Shown: one piece after another, positions 9,128 through 16,936 of the stretch
Layout: each line of letters begins with the position of its first letter
Position numbering within the stretch: the first letter of the stretch is position 1
Source of the DNA: Patescibacteria group bacterium
Lineage (GTDB): Bacteria > Patescibacteriota > Patescibacteriia > UBA1558 > GWA2-36-10
Reading direction: 5' to 3'
Length of the DNA: 64,000 bases
Assembly (NCBI GenBank): GCA_041650755.1
Contig: JBAZKN010000001.1
Location: 70,796-134,795 of the forward strand
Program-made: the position numbers and the translations under genes
The notes under the pieces: generated by a model
What the model was told of the DNA's origin: nothing
The model's database searches: none
What the model saw: the letters and a program-made list of their open reading frames with translations, nothing else

Positions 9128-9207
9128 AAGTGCCGGTTACGCCACTAGCTCTTGATTACCTATTTGGCGTCCAAAATATGGATGGTAATCAGTCATTGCC
9201 TCACTTT
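9128..9207 (+). repeat. Structured repeat copy A: conserved 5' box, variable 7-bp stem, conserved loop
   Basis: gccggttacgcCactagctcTt / GATTACC ...ggcgtcca.aata... GGTAATC / agtcattgcctca. Confidence 0.7.
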
Positions 9208-9385
9208 TAGTATATTTTATATATACACCTTTTTCAAATATTTTGCAATACATGTATCTGAAGATAAGGAGGGGCCTGCCATGAACAGATAGAGAACTAG
9301 CTGTAGGCAGGCCCGGATGCTAAGTGTCAGATTTGGCACTTAGCCATGAGGATCAGTTTGGTAAGTGGTTGGAGGTTGGGGGGGG

Positions 9386-9793
9386 TCAGCAGGAGACGGC
9401 GAAGAAAGTCTCGATGTACTCGACAAAGCGCATGACGTTGAAAGGTTTGGACCAGAAAGGCACGCGATAGAGTTCTTGCAGGTGGCGGACTTGATCGGTG
9501 TGGTGGTGTCCAGTCAGGATGACCGAACACTTCTGAGACATCTCCATGTCATAAACCAGACCACAGAGCCAGCCGCCATCCACTTCGCTGGTTTCGGCGA
9601 TGATCACATCGGGGAATGGCCTGGTGCTGGCCAAAAGCCCGATGACGTCGACTGGGTGGAGCACCATCTTGGGGCTAGTGCTGCCCTTGGGCAGCACTAT
9701 GTTGGTCAGTACTTCGTGACCATTGCCTTCAAGAGCCTGGCACAGAGCGGTGATGGTGCTGTGGTCTTTGTCAAAAATGAAGATGCGCGACAT
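9386..9793 (-). CDS. Stand-alone atypical receiver (REC)-like protein with Glu replacing the phospho-acceptor Asp
   Basis: GGAGG RBS; IFIFDKDH (acid pocket), PDVIIAETSEVDGG (Asp to Glu), SVILTGHH (conserved Thr), WSKPF (conserved Lys); GC-rich. Confidence 0.55.
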   Translation of the reverse strand: MSRIFIFDKDHSTITALCQALEGNGHEVLTNIVLPKGSTSPKMVLHPVDVIGLLASTRPFPDVIIAETSEVDGGWLCGLVYDMEMSQKCSVILTGHHHTDQVRHLQELYRVPFWSKPFNVMRFVEYIETFFAVSC

Positions 9794-9944
9794 GGTCGTT
9801 GACCTCCTAGTCCCTTTATGGACTTCCTTGTGGTGATTGATTTACCATTCCCATTTGCTGAAAATGGCCAACAAGGCTTGCCAGACATCGTTGAACTTAT
9901 TCACGATTTTCTACCTCTGGTTGATGAGTAACAAAAAGACACCC

Positions 9945-9971
9945 AATGAGGGTGCAGGAAGGAGAGTAGCC
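9945..9971 (+). repeat. Right copy of the direct repeat bounding GC island B
   Basis: ccaATGAGGGTGCAGgaaggagagtagcca. Confidence 0.55.
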
Positions 9972-9980
9972 AAAAGCCAT

Positions 9981-10053
9981 TATGCCGGTTACGCTACTAG
10001 CTCCTAATCGTTCAAGCGTCCATATACAAACGATTATTCACAGCCTCATTTTG
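9981..10053 (+). repeat. Structured repeat copy B
   Basis: tatgccggttacgctactagctcct / AATCGTT caagcgtccatataca AACGATT / attcacagcctcatttt. Confidence 0.7.
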
Positions 10054-10133
10054 ATCCTCGATATATTGAAATGAACTTTAACAAAATACACCTCCCATTT
10101 AAGAGGCGTAACCGTTAAAGTCATTTTGACTAT

Positions 10134-10203
10134 TATGCCGGTTACGCTACTAGCTCCTGACCACCCAAGCGTCCATATACAGGTGGTCATTCATAGCCTC
10201 ATT
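10134..10203 (+). repeat. Structured repeat copy C
   Basis: tatgccggttacgctactagctcc / TGACCACC caagcgtccatataca GGTGGTCA / ttcatagcctcatta. Confidence 0.7.
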
Positions 10204-10269
10204 AGTGTATTATATTGTTAACAATTAGCAATATATCATATTACCCATATTTTGTCAATAGGGGATAAA

Positions 10270-11046
10270 TTATTCGTGAAAAAAGCGATTAGCTAAAAAT
10301 ACTATTACTAAGCCAATAAAAAACCAGATTAATTGTTGTAAATAGTGTTTGCTATTTTGTTGGTGTAAGCGCGGAATAATGTCTGATAAAGAAATATAAA
10401 GAAAAGAGCCGGTAGCCAAGGCAGTCAAGGCCAATTGATGAGATGCGCTTTGGCCATAAAAGAAAGCGCTGATGCCGCCCAGGACAGCCAACATGCCGGA
10501 AATAAAGTTAAAAATCAAGGCCTTGGTACGATTAAAGCCGGCATGTAGAAGTAAACTGAAATCACCGACTTCTTGGGGTATTTCATGTAAGGCAATAGCC
10601 ACCGTGGTGATAAGCCCGATATTGGTGCCCAGCATAAAGCTGGAAGCGATTACCATACCGTCAACAAAATTATGCAGACCATCACCGATCAGGACATTGT
10701 AGCCCATGGGGTGTATATTTTTTTCACTATCATGGTGATGGTGACAGTGGTGCCAATGTAAATATTTTTCCGCTAAAATAAATAATATAATCGAGACCAA
10801 AATCCAGGCCGATACGGTTTGAAAAGCATCGTTTTGGTTTTGGGCCTGGGACATGGACATGAGTTCTGGCAAAAGCTCAAAAAATACATTGGCCAGCAAA
10901 ACGGCTGCTGCCAGAGAAATGGTAGCTTCCATGATTTTTTGCGCCTTGGCTTTCTGGCTAAAAATAAACAAGCCAGCAAAAGACAGCAAGCTGACAAATA
11001 GAGTGGCAATAATGATATTTAGTAGAGTAACCATATTTTCTAACAT
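10270..11046 (-). CDS. zupT: ZIP-family zinc transporter ZupT
   Basis: HHCHHHHD loop; HEIPQEVGDFSLLL signature; multi-TM. Confidence 0.9.
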   Translation of the reverse strand: MLENMVTLLNIIIATLFVSLLSFAGLFIFSQKAKAQKIMEATISLAAAVLLANVFFELLPELMSMSQAQNQNDAFQTVSAWILVSIILFILAEKYLHWHHCHHHHDSEKNIHPMGYNVLIGDGLHNFVDGMVIASSFMLGTNIGLITTVAIALHEIPQEVGDFSLLLHAGFNRTKALIFNFISGMLAVLGGISAFFYGQSASHQLALTALATGSFLYISLSDIIPRLHQQNSKHYLQQLIWFFIGLVIVFLANRFFHE

Positions 11047-11127
11047 TACCCAAGCATTATAACCAATGATTGAAAAAAAGTCTATTTTGTGGTATTTTTA
11101 TAACATCCTAAAATTATAATAGACATT

Positions 11128-12753
11128 ATGAGAATTGCTCCAGAAATTGCTCGACTGTACAAGAAAGTGTCCAGGATTTATGCAGAGCGAGCATATGTTG
11201 CCAGCGATGAAAATAAAAATGTTATCCAAGTAGAGGAGATAGCCAGCCACCTATCTTCTTTATATGAAAGATTGAGAAATAGTATAGATTTTAAAGAGGT
11301 CCATCTTTTGCGGCGCTATGCCATAGAGCGCAACATCAAGCGTCGTTTTGTGATGGAAATGCTCAAGCCTAATATTGCTCGCGGCTTGGTGGAAGATTTG
11401 ATCCGCTCCAAATATCTACCCAACAACGAAATTCTTGATGGCCAGATTGCCACAGTAGAAAACATTATTGCTAAATATAATAGCCTGTTTAGCGTACTTA
11501 ATGTTCAATACGAGTCAGCTAAAATACGGGAAAAAGAGTTGCATGAATATGTTGATTGGTTGATTTCTGTCGAGGCTTGTGAGATTGACATGCTTTTGAA
11601 GCCGGAAGATATAGCCGATGCCGTGATTGAAGCGATGTATCAGGAAACCAAATCGCGCGTCAAAATCAAGGGCGACGATTTGAGTATTCGGGAAAAAAAT
11701 GTTCAGCTCTATATCGCTATTCACAAGTCATTGGTCAAATCAGACGACACCATCATTTCCTATCATTTGCTTAATTTATATTTTGATCAATGGGCCAGCG
11801 CCAGCCAGGAGCTGGTTGACTTGGTGGCGCAAAATTTGCCGGCCATTTATCGGACTATCCAGCATCATCTGCGCCATCCCTATCAGCGCAAAATATACAA
11901 CGCTATTCAGGAGCCGGTAGTCACTTTCCAGGTCTTGCATGAGTTGATTATCAACAAGGGTGAAGAAATGGAAGAATTATTGGTGAACCCCGATTTATTG
12001 GAGTCTGAAGCCCAAGACTTAATCAATAAAAAATATAAAAGCTTACGTTCCAAGCTTAGCCAAAGCTCCATTAGGGCCATTATTTATATTTTCATTACCA
12101 AAGTGTTGATTGCTTTTATTTTGGAGTTTCCTTACGAGGTTTATGTCATCAAGGAAACCAACTATGTCAACTTAGCTATTAATGCCATTTTCCCGCCCAT
12201 GCTGATGTTTTTGGTGACTTTGAGCGCTCAAGTGCCGGGCAAGAAGAACACGGAAAAAATCCTCAGCAATTTATACGATACAGTGTATGATAAAGCTGAG
12301 CCGACCATTCTATGCCAGCTCAAGACTAAATTTCGCAAGAGCTTGTCTTTTCAGATTTTCTATAATTTCATGTACACCCTATTGTATATCCTAGTATTCG
12401 GCGGCGTCATTTATCTGTTAGAAAAGCTAAACTTCAATTTATTAAGCGGTGCTATCTTCTTGTTCTTCCTGACAGCTGTCAGCTTTTTTGCCGTACGCAT
12501 TCGCAATACAGCCAAAGAATTCAGGGTGACTGACAACAAAGAAGGCGTGCTGGCATTTTTGATAAACTTTTTTGCTTTGCCGATAGTCGGAGTGGGCCGC
12601 TGGATGGCCACCAAATTTAAGAAAATAAATTTGTTTGCTTTTATTTTTGATTATATTATTGAAGCGCCATTCAAGTCTTTTGTGGCTATTCTGGAGGACT
12701 GGATAGGGTTTATGAGAGAAAAGAAAGAAGAAGTCTATCATGACGACAAATAA
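11128..12753 (+). CDS. Hypothetical protein with C-terminal transmembrane region
   Basis: 541-aa ORF; soluble N-terminal part plus 4-5 predicted TM helices at the C-terminus; TATAAT 9 nt upstream suggests a leaderless or short leader. Confidence 0.55.
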   Translation: MRIAPEIARLYKKVSRIYAERAYVASDENKNVIQVEEIASHLSSLYERLRNSIDFKEVHLLRRYAIERNIKRRFVMEMLKPNIARGLVEDLIRSKYLPNNEILDGQIATVENIIAKYNSLFSVLNVQYESAKIREKELHEYVDWLISVEACEIDMLLKPEDIADAVIEAMYQETKSRVKIKGDDLSIREKNVQLYIAIHKSLVKSDDTIISYHLLNLYFDQWASASQELVDLVAQNLPAIYRTIQHHLRHPYQRKIYNAIQEPVVTFQVLHELIINKGEEMEELLVNPDLLESEAQDLINKKYKSLRSKLSQSSIRAIIYIFITKVLIAFILEFPYEVYVIKETNYVNLAINAIFPPMLMFLVTLSAQVPGKKNTEKILSNLYDTVYDKAEPTILCQLKTKFRKSLSFQIFYNFMYTLLYILVFGGVIYLLEKLNFNLLSGAIFLFFLTAVSFFAVRIRNTAKEFRVTDNKEGVLAFLINFFALPIVGVGRWMATKFKKINLFAFIFDYIIEAPFKSFVAILEDWIGFMREKKEEVYHDDK

Positions 12754-13204
12754 ACCTTTTTATTTGATCGCTCACAATATTCGCAGTTTATACAACATAG
12801 GTACGTTTTTTCGAACGGCCGATGCTTTGGGCATAGACAAGATTTTTTTGACCGGCTACTCTGGCACACCGCCGCAGTCCGGCATTGCCAAAGTTGCCTT
12901 GGGAGCAGAAAATACCGTGCCTTGGGAACAATACAAAAATATCAGTGTCCTGATCGATAAGTTAAGGGGGCGTTGCATACAGATTGTGGCTCTGGAGCTG
13001 AATAAAAAATCTATTGATATTTTTAAATTTCGGCCAAAGTTTCCTTTAGCGCTTTTGGTCGGCAATGAAGTCCGTGGCATTTCCTCGAGTTTATTAAAAC
13101 AGGCCGACAAAATAATAGCCTTACCCATGCGCGGCAAAAAAGAATCTTTAAATGTCGGCGTGGCTATGGCTGTAGCTGGATATTGTATTCGTTATAAAAA
13201 ATAA
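12740..13204 (+). CDS. SpoU/TrmH-family (SPOUT) RNA 2'-O-methyltransferase
   Basis: NIGTFFRTADALGID and LLVGNEVRGIS...LPMRGKKESLNVGVAMAVAG motifs; 14-nt overlap with the upstream gene. Confidence 0.8.
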   Translation: MTTNKPFYLIAHNIRSLYNIGTFFRTADALGIDKIFLTGYSGTPPQSGIAKVALGAENTVPWEQYKNISVLIDKLRGRCIQIVALELNKKSIDIFKFRPKFPLALLVGNEVRGISSSLLKQADKIIALPMRGKKESLNVGVAMAVAGYCIRYKK

Positions 13205-13293
13205 TTAGGCGAATGATTGAGTTTTTGCTATAATTAACTGCATGAAATGCCGCATATTATGCGAAAACTATTTCATGGGGTAAACAAAAACAA

Positions 13294-14286
13294 ATGTTAA
13301 ACAATAAAATCACCACTATTGGCGGATCAGTCTATGACATTATGTTTTATACCGATAATATTTTGCTATTGGATAACCGCCAGGATCTTTTGCGGCAGAA
13401 GCTGATTGCCTTTGAATACGGCGCCAAAATTTATGGCAAAAAGGTATATTTTGCCTTTGGCGGCGGCGGCGCCAACACAGCCATGACTTTTGCTAGCTTA
13501 GGCATCAAGACACAAATTATCACGGCCATAGGTGAGGATATGCTGGGCCGTAGTATCATGGAGCATCTAAAAAAGCACCGCATAGCCACCAAACTAGTTC
13601 AGATAAAGCCTCAAGAGCTGACGGGCATTTCTTTTGTTATCAATGTTGGTCAGGGCAGCGAACATGTCATTTTTGCCGTGCGAGGGGCCAATGATGCTAT
13701 TGACTTGACTCCGCATATTGTCAAAAAGATAAATACTCCCTGGCTATATTTGACTGCCTTGGGAATAAATTTTAAAACAAAATTAGATCATATTTTTGAA
13801 CAGGCCAGGCGTAAGAAAATAAAAGTAGCTTGGAATCCAGCTAGCCAGCAAATCGCCTTGGGTTTGGCTAGACTAAAACCTTATTTGGAAAAAACTTATG
13901 TTTTGTTGCTAAACCGCGATGAGGCGCTGGAGCTTTTGAGTAGGGGAGGTAAAAAGAAAATCAACAATAATATTAATTGGTTATTAAAAAATTTACACAA
14001 AAGCGGCCAGAAGATTACTGTCATTACTGATGGCGCTAAGGGGGCCCATGTCTATGATGGTCAGCAGGTATATTTTCGGCCGGCTACTAGGAAAAAGACC
14101 GTCAATACCACTGGTGCCGGCGATGCTTTTGGTTCTGGTTTTGTGGCTGGTCTGATAAAATATGGTAGCCGACATATCAGTAAAGCTTTGCATTTGGGTA
14201 TTATAAATAGCGGTTCGGTTGTCACCAAAATAGGCGCCCAGGCCGGCATTTTGCATAGTAAAGACTTAAGTAAGTATAAATTGTAA
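13294..14286 (+). CDS. PfkB-family carbohydrate/nucleoside kinase
   Basis: GGGGANTA and TTGAGDAFGSGFVAGL motifs. Confidence 0.8.
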   Translation: MLNNKITTIGGSVYDIMFYTDNILLLDNRQDLLRQKLIAFEYGAKIYGKKVYFAFGGGGANTAMTFASLGIKTQIITAIGEDMLGRSIMEHLKKHRIATKLVQIKPQELTGISFVINVGQGSEHVIFAVRGANDAIDLTPHIVKKINTPWLYLTALGINFKTKLDHIFEQARRKKIKVAWNPASQQIALGLARLKPYLEKTYVLLLNRDEALELLSRGGKKKINNNINWLLKNLHKSGQKITVITDGAKGAHVYDGQQVYFRPATRKKTVNTTGAGDAFGSGFVAGLIKYGSRHISKALHLGIINSGSVVTKIGAQAGILHSKDLSKYKL

Positions 14287-14287
14287 T

Positions 14288-14848
14288 ATGACAAAAACAG
14301 TCATCGCTGAAATTTCAGCTAAGCATATTCATCTTAGCCAAGAAGATTTAGCTAAACTTTTTGGTAAAAATTATAAGTTAAAAAAATTTAGAGCCTTGTC
14401 AGAACCCACGCAATTTGCGGCTAAAGAAAAAGTTTTTATTTTGGGTGCCAAAAAACATTTAAGTTTACGCATCGTTGGCCCAGCCAGAAAAAAATCCCAA
14501 GTCGAATTAGCCATGACGGATTGTATTTTCTTGGGTATCAAGCCAGCCATTCAGCTATCAGAACACGTCGCTAAAGCAACTTTGGTTATTGTCCAGGGGC
14601 CAAAGGGCAGAGTGAAGGTCCCGGCCATTGTGCCTTGGCGGCATTTGCACATCAGCTTGGCTCAAGCCAAGCTTTGGCGGCTAAGAGCCGGCCAGAGGAT
14701 TTCAGCAATTATTCCTGGCCAGCGGGCAATAGAATTCAAAAATATTATTGTTCGGCCTGGGCCATTTGTCACCCGTCTTCATCTGGACACTGATGAAGGC
14801 AATGCAGCTGGTATAAAATCAGGCACTAAAGTAAAATTATCCATTTGA
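14288..14848 (+). CDS. pduL: PduL-type phosphate acyltransferase (phosphotransacetylase/propanoyltransferase)
   Basis: SAKHIHLSQEDLAKLFG, LSEPTQFAAKEKV, WRHLHIS, RLHLDTDEGNAAG match the PduL signature. Confidence 0.8.
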   Translation: MTKTVIAEISAKHIHLSQEDLAKLFGKNYKLKKFRALSEPTQFAAKEKVFILGAKKHLSLRIVGPARKKSQVELAMTDCIFLGIKPAIQLSEHVAKATLVIVQGPKGRVKVPAIVPWRHLHISLAQAKLWRLRAGQRISAIIPGQRAIEFKNIIVRPGPFVTRLHLDTDEGNAAGIKSGTKVKLSI

Positions 14849-14849
14849 T

Positions 14850-16010
14850 ATGCACACCAAGCATCTTTTAGTTTTGAATCCAGGGTCAAGCAGCTTGCGG
14901 CTGACGGTTTTTGAAATTAAAGACAAAAATGTTGGCAGCCTGGTTTTTAATGGCATGGTCAGCGGGCAGAACGGTAAAACAGTCCTAATGTATCAGGCGC
15001 GCGGCCAAAAACAAAAAATAAATTATTCAGTTGGGCACAATTTGAAAGCCTGGTGGCAGTATATTCACGATTTGCTCAAAGATTTTGATATAGATATGGT
15101 TGGCGTCAGGGTGGTGCATGGCGGGGAACTGTATACCAGTACTTGTCGAATTGATAAGCAGTTTTTGGCTAATATTAGCCAATTTAATGTTTTAGCACCA
15201 TTGCATAATCCAGCCGCTATAGAATTAATCAAGCTAGTTCAGGCCACTTGGCCAAGAAGTAAGCTAGCCGCTAGTTTTGATACAGCTTGGTACAAAGATT
15301 TAGCGCCGGAAGTTTATCTTTATTCTTTACCTTTAAAATATTACGAAAAAAATAAAATTCGCAAATATGGTTTTCACGGGCTTAGCCATGAAGCGGCTAC
15401 TAATTTTGCTGCCAAAAAATTACGTCTGCCCTTAAATCAATTGCAAGCCATTAGCTGCCATTTGGGTGCCGGTGCCAGCCTTAGCTGGTATATCAAGGGC
15501 AAAGTCAAAGATACAACTATGGGCTTTTCGCCCAACGAAGGCCTGACTATGGCTACTAGATCGGGTGATCTGCCGTCAAGCATTGTCTTGTATTTGGCTC
15601 AAGAGCTCAAGATGTCTTTGCCGGCAATCCATAAAATGTTCAATGAACAATCCGGTCTTTTGGGCATATCCGGACTATCTGATTTGCGAGAAATACTGTT
15701 GGCTGCCGGCTATCGAGTCCAAGGGTATAAATCCAGCTTGAAATTTAGCGCTGAACAAAAAAAGAAGGCTAAACTAGCCCTAGCTATTTATATTTATGAC
15801 ATCAAGCGCTACTTGGCTTCATATATAGCCATGACGCAAAAATTGCAAGCCATAGTTTTCACCGGCACAGTAGGCGTCAATAGTCCGGTTATTAGAAAAC
15901 TTGTTTTAAAAGATTTACAAATTCCTAAAAATTGCAAAATCTTCGTTGCTCCGGAAGGAGAAATGACGATGCTTGCCCAAAAAACACTACAATGTTTGCT
16001 CAAAAAATAA
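14850..16010 (+). CDS. ackA: Acetate/propionate kinase
   Basis: LVLNPGSSSLRL; GFHGLSHEAA; VHLGAGAS-like HLGAGASLS. Confidence 0.9.
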   Translation: MHTKHLLVLNPGSSSLRLTVFEIKDKNVGSLVFNGMVSGQNGKTVLMYQARGQKQKINYSVGHNLKAWWQYIHDLLKDFDIDMVGVRVVHGGELYTSTCRIDKQFLANISQFNVLAPLHNPAAIELIKLVQATWPRSKLAASFDTAWYKDLAPEVYLYSLPLKYYEKNKIRKYGFHGLSHEAATNFAAKKLRLPLNQLQAISCHLGAGASLSWYIKGKVKDTTMGFSPNEGLTMATRSGDLPSSIVLYLAQELKMSLPAIHKMFNEQSGLLGISGLSDLREILLAAGYRVQGYKSSLKFSAEQKKKAKLALAIYIYDIKRYLASYIAMTQKLQAIVFTGTVGVNSPVIRKLVLKDLQIPKNCKIFVAPEGEMTMLAQKTLQCLLKK

Positions 16011-16522
16011 TAGAATTAGCCCAAGCGGCTACTTCTACCAACATCAATCAAAATTTACAAAATACCGAAGAGCAATTGCAAAACCTAAATGCTAATCTAG
16101 ATTTGCTCAAAGAAGAATATAATGCGGTGGCCAGCCAACCCACCAATTATTCATTTTTTGATTTGAGCAATATTTATTTTTGGTTTGTGCTAGCCGGCTT
16201 ATTGTTATTGGCTTTCGGACTTTTATTTCTATTGGCTGAATTGCAAAATAAAGAACGAAAGAATAGGGTCAAGCCCGAATTGCCAAAATTAGAACCCCTG
16301 ACCTACATCCAAAGCTCAGCTGAAGATAAGGCAGGAGAAAAAGTAGAAGCTATAAAATTTGCTCCCCAGCAAGAGATACCGGAAAAAAAGATTGAACCCA
16401 AAATTGCCTTCAAGCCGGTTGAAAAAACCGAAGCTAAAATTAAAGCAAAAAAACCAGTCCTAGCTCCAGCCAAAGAGTCCAAAAAGGGGCCGATTAAAAT
16501 AAAAGTGGAGAAGGTAAAATAA
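15992..16522 (+). CDS. Hypothetical membrane-anchored coiled-coil protein with Lys/Pro-rich tail
   Basis: Start moved to MFAQKII; still overlaps the ackA end by 19 nt; one TM (FWFVLAGLLLLAFGLLFLLA). Confidence 0.45.
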   Translation: MFAQKIIELAQAATSTNINQNLQNTEEQLQNLNANLDLLKEEYNAVASQPTNYSFFDLSNIYFWFVLAGLLLLAFGLLFLLAELQNKERKNRVKPELPKLEPLTYIQSSAEDKAGEKVEAIKFAPQQEIPEKKIEPKIAFKPVEKTEAKIKAKKPVLAPAKESKKGPIKIKVEKVK

Positions 16523-16533
16523 TTTTAATTATT

Positions 16534-16836
16534 ATGGGCACATTATCAACAAAAGTAAAGGTAGGTAGGTTTTTTCTTGGGGTAGTTATTAGTGTTATCT
16601 ATATTGGTATCACAAATTTATCTTATCGTTTTTTTAGTGGAGCATCTAGTAATTATATTTCAGTGTTGCAGATTATTATTTATTTAGCGGGAATCGTTTT
16701 TTGTGCTGTAAAAACTAAGACCGATTCACGCTACAAGTACGTTTGTTGGGGACTATTCATACCGCAAACTATTTTGTTAATTTCATTAACTTTATGGGCC
16801 CTCCTTGGTATTTATATAGCCACTAATATAAAGTGA
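16534..16836 (+). CDS. Small hypothetical membrane protein
   Basis: 100 aa with three hydrophobic helices. Confidence 0.4.
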   Translation: MGTLSTKVKVGRFFLGVVISVIYIGITNLSYRFFSGASSNYISVLQIIIYLAGIVFCAVKTKTDSRYKYVCWGLFIPQTILLISLTLWALLGIYIATNIK

Positions 16837-16936
16837 TGGAGCCTGCTTTGGTATGACGAAGATATAATTTCCCAAATTTATTAATTATTGCTACAATAAT
16901 CACGTTACACAGGCGTGATTATTTATTGATGAAAAT

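Noticed and set aside
9386-9793. Alternative reading of the island B 135-aa protein as an MJ0936-type metallophosphoesterase (IFIFDKDHS ... ILTGHHH)
   Set aside because: The GDxxD, GNHD and GHxH motifs are missing and the protein is too short. The K-P-F, Thr and DGG positions fit a receiver fold better, though neither assignment is certain.
9365-9802. 145-aa plus-strand ORF
   Set aside because: It is antisense to the REC-like gene 9386..9793, which has a strong AGGAGG RBS and a coherent domain pattern.
9127-10215. Interpretation of the structured repeats as integron attC sites
   Set aside because: They lack the GTTRRRY core and R/L box arrangement, and no intI gene is nearby. They are kept only as an analogy in the findings.
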